In this document: one piece after another, positions 10,359-20,300 of the stretch
How the letters are laid out: every line of letters begins with the position of its first letter
Numbering within the stretch: the stretch's first letter is position 1
Assembly: GCA_046153685.1 (NCBI GenBank)
Contig: JBJXGH010000096.1
Location: 491-64,490 of the forward strand
Direction of reading: 5' to 3'
From: Alphaproteobacteria bacterium
Lineage (GTDB): Bacteria > Pseudomonadota > Alphaproteobacteria > CADEGL01
Length of the DNA: 64,000 bases
Notes under the pieces: generated by a model
Told to the model about the DNA's origin: nothing
Database searches by the model: none
The model's input: only the letters and a program-made list of their open reading frames with translations
Position numbers and translations under genes: made by a program

Positions 10359-11159
10359 CTACGTCACGCGCAACCGCGCCTCGCCTAGCCCGTCGATCGC
10401 GGTCACCAACTCCTCGCCCGGCACCAAGGCCCGCGCCGCAACCAGGCTGCCCGTCATGACGAGATGGCCTGCCTTGAGCGGTTGCCCCCGCTCGGCCAAG
10501 CGATTGGCCAGCCACGTCAAGGCTTCGAGCGGGTGGCCGAGCGCGTCGCGCCCGTGCCCCTCGCCCACGATTTCGCCGTTCACGATCATCCGGCAGCACG
10601 CGGCGCCGAGGTCGAGCTTGCGCCAATCGGTAACTTCCGGCCCGGCGACACAGCCGCGCGCCATGGCGTTGTCGGAGACCAGGACCGTGGCGTCGATCGC
10701 GGTCTTGGCGAAATCGCGCAGATCCGCGATTTCGATGCCCGCCATGCAGGCGCCAACCGCCTCGGCCACGCTCTCGGGCGTGTAAGGCGCGCCGGACGCG
10801 GGAAGATCGCGATCGAGCCTGAGCACGATTTCCGATTCCGCGCCGAGCTGAAGGTAATCGCTCGCCTTGAGGGTGTGCGGGCTCGCGTGCATGAGCGTGC
10901 TAAACATGGCGCCTTCGAAGGGGTGATCGACGTGGAAGCCCCGCTGCTGGACCTTGCTGGTCAGCGCGATCTTCCAGCCCGATATCTCTCCGAACCCGCC
11001 CGAGAGATAGCGCGCGATCACGCCGTCTTGAACCTTGAACGCTTCGCCTAGATCGCGCGGATGCAGCCCGCCCGTCAAGCGTCCGATCGGGCGCTTGGCG
11101 CGCTGATCGTCATAGATGGTACGCGCGGCACGCGCGAGGCGATCGTCCACTTCCGCCAT
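10359..11159 (-). CDS. 2-keto-4-pentenoate hydratase family protein (MhpD/HpcG-like)
   Basis: Start set at internal MAEVDDRLARAARTIYDDQRAKRPIGRL (codon 11159..11157); the ORF-track N-terminal extension is Arg-rich junk. Confidence 0.7.
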   Translation of the reverse strand: MAEVDDRLARAARTIYDDQRAKRPIGRLTGGLHPRDLGEAFKVQDGVIARYLSGGFGEISGWKIALTSKVQQRGFHVDHPFEGAMFSTLMHASPHTLKASDYLQLGAESEIVLRLDRDLPASGAPYTPESVAEAVGACMAGIEIADLRDFAKTAIDATVLVSDNAMARGCVAGPEVTDWRKLDLGAACCRMIVNGEIVGEGHGRDALGHPLEALTWLANRLAERGQPLKAGHLVMTGSLVAARALVPGEELVTAIDGLGEARLRVT

Positions 11160-11194
11160 ATCCGTCCTCCTCGCGCGTGCCGCCGCCCTTGCCC

Positions 11195-11617
11195 CTAGAA
11201 CGTCGTCTGGGCGCCGATCGCGGCCAATGCTGCGGCCGCGCATTCCACGTCCTGGTCGCCGGTGCCCGAGCCAACGCCGATGCCGCCAAGGCACTGGCCG
11301 TTCACGATTATGGGCAAGCCGCCCTTCAGGTTCGCGAACTTGCCGCCGGTGGCGATCGCCATCTTGAGCTCGTACTCGGGCGGGGTCTTGCCCGTGGGCT
11401 GGCGCGAGGAGGCGGAGGTCTTTGCCTTCGCCGTCGCCGTGTCGAAGGACAGAACCTTGGCGCCGTCCATGCGCGCGTAGGCCAGCATGTGGCAGCCCTC
11501 GTCCACGATGGCGATGCACTGGGGCACGGCCATGGCTTCGGCCTTCTTCACGGCCGCGTCGAGCATCTTGAGCGCGCCTTCGTGGGTGAGTTTATTGACT
11601 TGAACGGTAACCGCCAT
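11195..11617 (-). CDS. glcG: GlcG/HbpS-like heme-binding protein (DUF336)
   Basis: 140 aa; ...GQCLGGIGVGSGTGDQDVECAAAAL pattern. Confidence 0.7.
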   Translation of the reverse strand: MAVTVQVNKLTHEGALKMLDAAVKKAEAMAVPQCIAIVDEGCHMLAYARMDGAKVLSFDTATAKAKTSASSRQPTGKTPPEYELKMAIATGGKFANLKGGLPIIVNGQCLGGIGVGSGTGDQDVECAAAALAAIGAQTTF

Positions 11618-11770
11618 TGCGGGCCTCCCAGGGTGTTGAAAACAGGGTGTTGTATCGAAGGGGGCACTTTAGGCCGTGGCCGGTCGGGCTGTACAGGCTC
11701 GCGCGGGGCGGCGCGACCGCCATAGAATGGCGAGAATCGAACGGCCCCGAAGGCCAAAAGGACAACCCGC

Positions 11771-13396
11771 ATGCGCGCCACGATGATGGATGTTCCCCTG
11801 ACGGTCGCGCAAATCCTCGAACGCGCGGGGCGACTGTTTCCCGACACCGAAATCGTCTCACGCCGGCCCGACAAATCCATCCATCGCTACAGCCATGCCG
11901 AGTTTCATGGCCGCGCCCGTGCCCTTTCCGCCGCCTTGCGGAAGGCGGGTGTGAAACCGGGCGAGCCCGTCGCCACGCTCATGTGGAATCACGCGGTTCA
12001 TCTCGAAGCCTATTTCGGCATTCCATGCGCGGGCGGCGTGCTGCACACGCTCAATCTCCGCCTGCATCCGAACGATCTCGTCTATATCGTCGATCATGCC
12101 GGGCCGCGAACCCTCATCATCGACGACGTGCTGCTGCCCCTGCTTGCCGAATTCCGCGACCGGGTGCGCCTCGACCGCGTGATCGTGGTGAACTGGGGCA
12201 AGGGGGCATTGCCCGAGGGTGCTGTCGATTACGAGGATTTCATCGCCGCGGGCGATGACGGGTACGTGCCGCAAAAATTGAACGAAAACGACGCAGCAGG
12301 GCTCTGCTATACCTCGGGCACGACTGGAAAACCCAAGGGCGTAGTCTATTCCCACCGCGCCATCGTGCTCCATTCGCTCGCCATCTCGCTGCCCGATATG
12401 CTGTCGATCTCGCACCGCTCGGCGGTCATGCCCGTGGTGCCGATGTTCCACGCCAATGCCTGGGGCGAGCCCTTTGCCTGCGCCATGATGGGCGCAAAGC
12501 AAGTCTTCCCCGGCCCCCATCTCGACGCGGTAAATCTCCTCGATTTGTGGAACGACGAGGGTGTGACCTTGGTCTCGGGCGTGCCCACGGTCTGGCTCGC
12601 CGTCGTGGGCGCTCTCGACGAAAACCCTGGGCGTTGGCCGAGGGTCAAGGGTTTGCGCGCGCTCGTCGGCGGCGCGGCGGCACCCGAGGGTCTGCTGCGC
12701 GCATTGATCAAGCACGGCCTCGACCCCGCGCATGGCTGGGGCATGACCGAGATCACCCCGGTCGGCGCGATCCATTCCTTCAAGCGCAAGCTCGACACTT
12801 TGCCGCCCGATGCGCGCATCGCGCACCTTGCCAAGCAGGGCTTGCCCCTGCCGCTCGTCGAAACGCGCGTCGTCAACGATTCCGGCGAGGCACCGTGGGA
12901 CGGCGCGAGCATGGGCGAGTTGCAGGTGCGCGGCCCCTTCGTCGCCGCGCGATATCACAACCAGCCAGGTGAAAGCGATCGCTGGACCTCCGATGGCTGG
13001 TTCAAGACCGGCGATGTCGTCGCCATGGATGCAGACGGCTATGTGAAGCTGTCGGACCGCACGAAGGATCTCATCAAATCGGGCGGCGAATGGATCAGCT
13101 CGGTCGATCTCGAGAACGCGATCATGGGCCACCCGGCGGTCGCAGAAGCCGCCGTGATCGCCTTGCCCCATCCGCGCTGGGACGAACGCCCCCTGGCCGC
13201 GGTCGCGCTCAAGCCAGGAAACAGCCTGAGCCTCGAGGATTTGCGCGCTTACCTAGCGCCCCATTTCGCCAAGTGGTGGCTGCCGGACGCCATCGCCATC
13301 ATCGATCAGATTCCGCACACCTCGACGGGCAAGTTTCAGAAGTCCGCGCTGCGCGAGCGCTTCAAGGACTGGACCTGGGACAAGCCCGCCCGTTGA
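11771..13396 (+). CDS. long-chain/medium-chain fatty-acid--CoA ligase (AMP-dependent synthetase)
   Basis: 541 aa; [15 protein letters not shown]-binding motif, [16 protein letters not shown]. Confidence 0.85.
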   Translation: MRATMMDVPLTVAQILERAGRLFPDTEIVSRRPDKSIHRYSHAEFHGRARALSAALRKAGVKPGEPVATLMWNHAVHLEAYFGIPCAGGVLHTLNLRLHPNDLVYIVDHAGPRTLIIDDVLLPLLAEFRDRVRLDRVIVVNWGKGALPEGAVDYEDFIAAGDDGYVPQKLNENDAAGLCYTSGTTGKPKGVVYSHRAIVLHSLAISLPDMLSISHRSAVMPVVPMFHANAWGEPFACAMMGAKQVFPGPHLDAVNLLDLWNDEGVTLVSGVPTVWLAVVGALDENPGRWPRVKGLRALVGGAAAPEGLLRALIKHGLDPAHGWGMTEITPVGAIHSFKRKLDTLPPDARIAHLAKQGLPLPLVETRVVNDSGEAPWDGASMGELQVRGPFVAARYHNQPGESDRWTSDGWFKTGDVVAMDADGYVKLSDRTKDLIKSGGEWISSVDLENAIMGHPAVAEAAVIALPHPRWDERPLAAVALKPGNSLSLEDLRAYLAPHFAKWWLPDAIAIIDQIPHTSTGKFQKSALRERFKDWTWDKPAR

Positions 13397-13418
13397 AGAA
13401 CCCAAAAGGGAGCGCATC

Positions 13419-14765
13419 ATGGCACGGGACGATCTGCACAGACTAACGGCGAGCGCCGCCGCCGCCCTCATCCGCCGCAAAAAACTCGGTGTCGTCGAAT
13501 ACACCGAGGCGCTCATCGCCCGCATCGAGGCGCGCGAACCCGTTGTGCGCGCCTGGCAGTATTTCGCGGCCGAGCAGGCCCGCGCGAACGCGCGTTGGGT
13601 CGAACGCAATGTCACCGGAGGTGCGCTGCGGGGCGTGCCCATCGGGATCAAGGACATCATCGAAACCAAGGACATGCCGACGACCTACGGCGCCTTGCCG
13701 CTGTATGGCGAACACCGACCGAAATGGGACGCCTCGTGCGTGGCGCTTGCCCGGCAAGCCGGCGCCGTCGTCATGGGCAAGACCGTGACCTCGGAATTCG
13801 CCGGATATTATACCGGACCCAGCGTCAATCCCCACGACCCGACGCGCAGCACCGCGTTTTCATCGATGGGCTCGGCGGCCGCGGTGAGCGATTTCCACGT
13901 TCCGCTCGCCTTCGGCAGCCAAACGGGTGGGTCGATCATCCGGCCGGCAGCGTTCTGCGGGCCGATCGGCTACATGCCGAGTTACGGAATATTCAACACC
14001 ACCGGCGTGCACAATCTCGCGCCCGCGCTCGACCATCTCGGCCATTTCGCGCGCGCGATCGACGATGTCGCCCTGCTCGGCCAGGTGCTGACGGGCGATG
14101 GGCGCTTCGGCATGGGCGCGCCCGGGCGCACACCGCGCATTGGCTTTTTCACCGGCTGGGAAAAGCGCCAGGCCCAGCCGGTCATTTGGGAAACGCTTGA
14201 GGCCGCGCGCGCCTCGCTCGGCAAGGCCGCGCGCGTCGTCGAGGTGAAATTGCCAAAGGCGCTGTTCGCGATGAACGACCATTGCCTGACATTGATCCGC
14301 TACGAGGCGGCACGCACCTTCGCCCATGAATATTTCCAGGAAAAACCCGGCGGGCTCAGCAACACCATGCGCGATCTCGTGCGCGACGGACTCGGCGTGT
14401 CGCGCGCGCACTATTTCGAGGCCCTCGAGGCCGCGCAGTCCGGGCGCGTGCTCCTTGCCGGTTTGTTCAAGGAGCACGATATCGACGTGTTCATTACCCC
14501 TAGCGCCGAGTGCCTGCCGCAATTGCTTGAGGAGGCGGTCAGCCGCTCGGTGTTCAACCGTCTATGGACGATCCTGCACGTGCCGACCATCGCCTTCACT
14601 ACGGGCACCGTGACGCTGAAGCCCACGCTCAAGCAGCCTCAGACCGTGACATTGCCCGTGGGCATTCAGATCGTCGGGCGCTATCTCCGCGATCACGAGG
14701 CTTTGCAGGTGTCGCGCTGGCTGGAAACCCGCCTGGCGCGCGTCGTTGAACCCATGAATTGGTAG
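13419..14765 (+). CDS. amidase (amidase-signature family)
   Basis: 448 aa; GIKD and GGS.IRPAA motifs of the AS family. Confidence 0.8.
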   Translation: MARDDLHRLTASAAAALIRRKKLGVVEYTEALIARIEAREPVVRAWQYFAAEQARANARWVERNVTGGALRGVPIGIKDIIETKDMPTTYGALPLYGEHRPKWDASCVALARQAGAVVMGKTVTSEFAGYYTGPSVNPHDPTRSTAFSSMGSAAAVSDFHVPLAFGSQTGGSIIRPAAFCGPIGYMPSYGIFNTTGVHNLAPALDHLGHFARAIDDVALLGQVLTGDGRFGMGAPGRTPRIGFFTGWEKRQAQPVIWETLEAARASLGKAARVVEVKLPKALFAMNDHCLTLIRYEAARTFAHEYFQEKPGGLSNTMRDLVRDGLGVSRAHYFEALEAAQSGRVLLAGLFKEHDIDVFITPSAECLPQLLEEAVSRSVFNRLWTILHVPTIAFTTGTVTLKPTLKQPQTVTLPVGIQIVGRYLRDHEALQVSRWLETRLARVVEPMNW

Positions 14766-14812
14766 ATTTTATAGCATCTTAGGCGACTTGACAGAGGCGC
14801 TTCTGTGCATTA

Positions 14813-14842
14813 GAACAAACACAGAACGAACAAAACGCGAAC
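14813..14842 (+). promoter_or_regulatory. two tandem alphaproteobacterial LexA (SOS) boxes, GAAC-N7-GAAC x2
   Basis: GAACAAACACAGAAC immediately followed by GAACAAAACGCGAAC, about 20 nt upstream of imuA. Confidence 0.7.
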
Positions 14843-14863
14843 GTTATGATGTGAGCACAAGAC

Positions 14864-15751
14864 ATGCGCGCGGACATGGACCATTGGGACATGGACCATC
14901 GGAGCCATCGGAACGAACATGCCGTGAGCGGAACGCATGGCTTCGCCGCGCAGCCAGCGAAACGGCGCCCGGACCGGGCCGTCCTTCGCAGCCTGCGCCG
15001 CCAAATCGATGCACTCGGGGGCTGCGGCGCCCGGCACGGCACGGTCGCGCTGGGCATCGTCGAAATCGACCGCCATCTGCCTTGGGGCGGACTGCCGCGC
15101 GGCTGCTTGCACGAAATTCTCGGCGACAAGGCTGACGGCGCGCCGCTAGCCTTTACCGCCCATCTGCTTGCCCTGCTCTCGGCGCGCCATGCGGGACCGG
15201 TGCTGTGGCTTTCGGCGCGCGGCGGGCTTTATCCGCCCGGTTTGCACACCTTCGGACCCGAAGGTGCCGGCGCCTGGACCGCGCGCCTGCTCGCGGTGCG
15301 CGCGCGCACTCCCGGCCGGCCCATCTCCGAACAGAGGGGCGCCGGGCACCGGAATCTCATTTGGGCGCTTGAGGAAACCTTGCGCACGCGCGGCCCCGCA
15401 GCGGTCGCCGCGGAAGTGGGGCAACTCGACCTCGTCGCCGCGCGCAGGCTGCAGCTTGCGGCCGAGGAAGGCGGCGCCTTGGCCCTGGTGCTGCGCGAGG
15501 CGGCGAAGGACGACGCGGCGCAAGCGCGCGCCACCGCCGTCACGCGCTGGCATGTGCAAAGCGCGCCGAGCGCTTCGTGCGCCTGGGGCGGGCCGGGGGC
15601 CGTGCGCTGGCGGATCGAGCTTTTGCGTTGCCGTGGCGGAGCGCCGCGCGGCTGGATGGTGGAGAGAGACGATGAGACGGGTGCTTTCGCTGTGGTTGCC
15701 GCGCTTCGCGACGGATCGCGCCACGCGCACGCGGCCGCTCTGGCGGGCTAG
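14864..15751 (+). CDS. imuA: ImuA, SOS-mutagenesis cassette protein (RecA-fold)
   Basis: LRRQIDALGG..GIVEID..LPWGGLPRGCLHEI pattern; position first in an imuA-imuB-dnaE2 array; LexA boxes upstream. The true start may be one of several ATGs at 14864-14891. Confidence 0.7.
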   Translation: MRADMDHWDMDHRSHRNEHAVSGTHGFAAQPAKRRPDRAVLRSLRRQIDALGGCGARHGTVALGIVEIDRHLPWGGLPRGCLHEILGDKADGAPLAFTAHLLALLSARHAGPVLWLSARGGLYPPGLHTFGPEGAGAWTARLLAVRARTPGRPISEQRGAGHRNLIWALEETLRTRGPAAVAAEVGQLDLVAARRLQLAAEEGGALALVLREAAKDDAAQARATAVTRWHVQSAPSASCAWGGPGAVRWRIELLRCRGGAPRGWMVERDDETGAFAVVAALRDGSRHAHAAALAG

Positions 15752-17321
15752 GCCGTTCGTCATTACGCGGGCAGAGGGCGGGCGGTTGCTCGTCGCCGCG
15801 GCGAACGCGCGCGCCGAAAGTTCGGGGATGACGCCGGGCATGACGCTCGCCGACGCCCAGGCGCTCGTGCCGGGTCTGCTGACCTTGCCGACCGAGCCGG
15901 TCGAGGACGCGCGCGCGCTCTTACTCCTGGCCGAATGGTGCGGTCGCTATACCCCCTGGGTCGCCTCCGACGGCGCGGACGGCCTGTTCCTCGAGATCGC
16001 GGGCTGCGGCCATTTGTTCGGCGGCGAAGACGCGCTCGCGCGCGATCTGCTTGAACGCATGGCACGCTTCGGCCTCGCCGCGCGCGTGGCGGTGGCGGAC
16101 ACGCCCGGCGCCGCCTGGGCGCTTGCGCGGTTCGGCGCGGCCAATCCCACCCTGCTCGGCGATGGCTCGTACGAAGGGACCATGCTCGCCGCCGCTCTCG
16201 GCCCCCTGCCCACCTCGGCTCTCCGGCTATCTTCGGCCCATGTCGAGGAATTGCGCCGGCTCGGCCTGCGGCGCATCGCCGATATCGCTGCCCTGCCACG
16301 CGCGGCCCTGACGACGCGCTTCGGCCCGGGCGTTGCGCGCCGCCTCGACCAGGCCTTCGGGCGCGATTTCGAACCCCTCGCCCCCCATCAACCCGCCGCC
16401 CCGGATCGAGTGCGCAGCGCCTTCGCCGAGCCCGTGCGTGCGCGCGAGGCCATCGAAGCCGTTCTCGCTGACCTGCTCGGCCGGTTGTGCGCGCGCCTGG
16501 CTGAACGGGGGCACGGGGCACGGCGGCTCGATTTCGCGCTCTATCGCACCGACGGCACGGTCGCCACCGCCAGCGTTGGCACCAGCCGACCCTCGACCGA
16601 TACCCGCCATCTCGCGCGCCTCTTCGCCGAAAAGCTCGATCATCTCGATCCCGGATTCGGCGCCGACGTGATCGCGCTCGCAGCACCGCTCACCGAGGCT
16701 TTCGCCGCCGCTCAGACCACGCATCTTGCCGTGTATGGCGGGGTTTCATCCGCTACGCGTGGTGGGCTCGACGTACTCGCTCCCCTCGTCGACCGCCTGG
16801 ACAATCGTCTAGGCGCGGGCGCCGTGGCGCGCTTGGCACCGGTGGATAGCCACCTGCCCGAACGCGCCGTCGCGCGCCGCCCGCCATTCGCCGCCGCGGC
16901 GCGCCGCCCCGCGCCCTGGCCGGCGCGGGGACCGCGGCCCGTGCGCCTATTCGACCCCCCCGAACAAGTCGATGCCGTGGCCCCCGTGCCGGACGATCCG
17001 CCCGTCATGTTCCGCTGGCGCAATGTGCTGCACCGGATCGCGCGCGCCGACGGACCCGAACGCATCGCGCCCGAATGGTGGCGCACGCCCGCCGCGCGCA
17101 ACACCTCCAAGACCGCACCCGGCTTGTTTCCCGATTCGTCCTCCGATTCTCCGGACGATGCGCGCGCCCCCACGCGCGCGGCTGCTGCGGACGAAGGCGC
17201 CGCGACCCGCGATTACTACCGGGTCGAGGACACCGAGGGCCGGCGCTTCTGGCTCTACCGGCATGGGTTGTACCGTCCGGGCGCCGCTCCCGCCTGGTTC
17301 CTGCACGGCCTATTCGGCTGA
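15672..17321 (+). CDS. imuB: ImuB, Y-family polymerase-like mutasome subunit
   Basis: Start set at MRRVLSLWLPRFATDR (typical ImuB N-terminus) inside ORF 15168..17321; overlaps the imuA 3' end by 80 nt. Confidence 0.7.
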   Translation: MRRVLSLWLPRFATDRATRTRPLWRARPFVITRAEGGRLLVAAANARAESSGMTPGMTLADAQALVPGLLTLPTEPVEDARALLLLAEWCGRYTPWVASDGADGLFLEIAGCGHLFGGEDALARDLLERMARFGLAARVAVADTPGAAWALARFGAANPTLLGDGSYEGTMLAAALGPLPTSALRLSSAHVEELRRLGLRRIADIAALPRAALTTRFGPGVARRLDQAFGRDFEPLAPHQPAAPDRVRSAFAEPVRAREAIEAVLADLLGRLCARLAERGHGARRLDFALYRTDGTVATASVGTSRPSTDTRHLARLFAEKLDHLDPGFGADVIALAAPLTEAFAAAQTTHLAVYGGVSSATRGGLDVLAPLVDRLDNRLGAGAVARLAPVDSHLPERAVARRPPFAAAARRPAPWPARGPRPVRLFDPPEQVDAVAPVPDDPPVMFRWRNVLHRIARADGPERIAPEWWRTPAARNTSKTAPGLFPDSSSDSPDDARAPTRAAAADEGAATRDYYRVEDTEGRRFWLYRHGLYRPGAAPAWFLHGLFG

Positions 17322-17330
17322 TGCGCGCGC

Positions 17331-20300
17331 ATGGCGCGCTATGCCGAGTTGCAGGTCTCGACCAATTTTTCCTTCCTCCGTGGCGCGTCCCACCCCGAAG
17401 AATTGGTTGAGGCTGCCAAGGCCCTGGGCCACGACGCCATCGCGGTCACCGACCGCAACACCCTGGCCGGTGCGGTGCGCATGCACGGCGCGGCCAAGGC
17501 AGCCGGGTTACGCCTGGTTCCGGGCGTCCGACTCGACCTCATAGATAGCACTAGTATTCTATGTTATCCCATTGATAGAAAATCATATGGGCGACTTTGT
17601 CGTTTGCTGACTCTCGGCCAGAGGCGCGCCGAAAAGGGTGCCTGTGCCCTCCATCTCAGGGACGCGCTCGATCACGCCGAAGGCCAAATCATCGCCATCC
17701 TGCCCCCCGATTCGCCCGGTGATTGGTTGCCCGGTGATCGGTCGCTCGCCGAGCGCACGCTCGCCGAATGGAAATCGGCCGTGGGCGATCGCTGCTATCT
17801 TGTGGGTCACCGCCTCTACCAGGGCGACGACAACCGGCGCCTGGCCACCCTCGCCGACTTGGCGGCGCGGCACGGCGTGCCCCTGCTCGCAACCAATGAC
17901 GTTCACGCCCACATACCCGGCCGGCGCGCGCTCCAAGACGCGCTCGCCTGCATCCGTGCGGGCACGACGATCGAGCGCGCTGGGTCCCTGCTTTTCGCCC
18001 ATGAAGAGCGCCACCTGAAGGCACCAGGCGAGATGGCGCGACTGTTCCGCCACCATCCGGATGCGATCGCGCGCACGGCGGAGATTGGCGCGCGCACCCG
18101 GTTTTCGTTCGACGATCTGCGCTACGAGTATCCGACCGAGACCCTGGCTGGCGAAACCCCGCAACAGACGCTCGAGCGCGAAACCCTAGCCGGCGCGCAC
18201 GCGCGCTATGGCGGCGAGATACCGCCCAAGGTGCAAGCCCAGATCGCATACGAGCTTCGCCTCATTGGCACGCTCGGCTACGCGCCCTATTTCCTCACCG
18301 TGCACGACATCGTGCGCTTCGCGCGCGAGCGCAAGATTTTGTGCCAAGGCCGAGGTTCGGCGGCCAATTCCGCAATCTGCTATTGCCTGGGTATCACTGC
18401 GGTCGATCCCAGCCGGCTGGATTTGCTGTTCGAGCGTTTCGTCTCCGCCGAGCGCAACGAGCCACCCGATATCGACGTCGATTTCGAGCACGAGCGGCGC
18501 GAGGAAGTGATCCAGTACATCTATGCCAAATACGGCCGCGAGCGCGCCGGCATCGCCGCCACCGTCATCCGCTACCGGGCGCGCAGCGCCATCCGCGACG
18601 TGGGCAAGGCCCTGGGCCTGTCGGAGGACATGACCGGCGCACTCGCAGGCACGGTCTGGGGCTGGAGCGGCGACGCCATCCGCCCCGAATGGCTGCGCGA
18701 AACCGGCTTCGATCCGACCGATCCGCGCCTTGGCACGGCCATCGACTTGGCGCGCGCCCTGATCGGTTTTCCCCGCCACCTGTCCCAGCACGTCGGCGGC
18801 TTCGTCATCACCCGCGGCCCGCTCGAGGAAGTCGTGCCCATAGGCAACGCCGCCATGGCCGATCGCACCTTCATCGAATGGGACAAGGACGATCTCGACA
18901 TGCTTGGAATTCTTAAGATCGATATCCTTGCACTCGGCATGCTGACGTGCATCCGCAAGGCCTTCGCATCGATCGAGGCCGAGACCGGAGAGCGCCTCAG
19001 CCTCGCCACCCTGCCGGCCGAGGATCCGGCGGTTTACGACATGCTGTGCCGGGCGGATTCGATCGGCGTCTTCCAGGTCGAAAGCCGGGCGCAAATGAGT
19101 TTTCTGCCGCGCATGAAACCGCGCAATTTCTACGATTTGGTGATCCAGGTCGCGATCGTGCGCCCGGGCCCCATTCAAGGCGACATGGTTCATCCCTATC
19201 TCCGGCGCCGCAACGGCGAGGAGCTCGTCGAGCTGCCCTCGGAGGAGCTGCGCCAAGTCTTGGGCAAAACTTTGGGCGTGCCTCTGTTCCAGGAACAAGC
19301 CATGCGCATCGCCATCGTCGCCGCCGGTTTCACTCCTCCGGAGGCCGATCGGTTGCGCCGTGCCATGGCGAGTTTCCGCAAGACGGGGCAGATTCACATC
19401 TTCCGCGCCAAGATGATCGAAGGCATGACCGCGCGCGGCTACGACCGTGCGTTCGCCGAGCGCTGTTTTCGCCAAATCGAGGGCTTCGGCGAATACGGCT
19501 TTCCCGAATCCCACGCCGCGAGCTTCGCTCTGCTGGTTTACGTTTCGGCTTGGCTCAAATGCCGTCATCCAGCGGCCTTCGCCTGCGCCTTGCTCAACAG
19601 TCAGCCGATGGGCTTCTACGCCCCCGCCCAGATCGTGCGCGACGCTCTCGAACACGGCGTCGAGGTCCTACCCATCGATGCCAACGCATCCGCTTGGGAC
19701 TGCACGCTCGAAACCTCCCCCCAGTGCGCTTCCCCCGCCCTGCGCCTGGGCTTGCGGCAGATCAAGGGTTTCGCCGAGGCCGATGCCCGCCGCCTTCTGG
19801 CCGCGCGCGGCGCGGGCTACCGCGATCCGCGCGCGCTATGGCTGCGCGCGCGCCTGACGCTTGCAGTGCTTGAAAATCTAGCACGCGCCGACAGCTACCG
19901 TTCGATGGGCCTCGATCGCCGCCAGGCGCTATGGGCCATCAAGGCGCTTGGGGCCTCGCCCTTGCCGCTCTTGTCCAGGATCGAGGATGAGGCGCACGAG
20001 CCGACGACCCAGCTTGTCGCCCCGACCAAACTGCCCGCCATGGCCCTGCTGCCTGCAATGACCATGGGTGAACAGATCATGGCCGATTACGCCAGCCTCC
20101 GCCTCAGTCTACGCGCCCATCCGCTGACGCTTTTGCGCGCGCGCCTCGACCGCGACGGCATCGTGCCGTGCGCGCATCTCGCCGCCATCGAGTCCGGTCG
20201 GCGAACGCGCGTCGCCGGCATCGTGCTCGTGCGCCAGCGCCCCGGCAGCGCCAATGGCGTGATCTTCGCCACCCTCGAGGACGAAACCGGCATCGCCAAT

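Noticed and set aside
17550-17589. SpeI and NdeI sites as evidence of cloning
   Set aside because: Two 6-bp sites in an AT-rich 40-nt stretch can occur by chance; recorded in the dnaE2 finding but not treated as proof of engineering.
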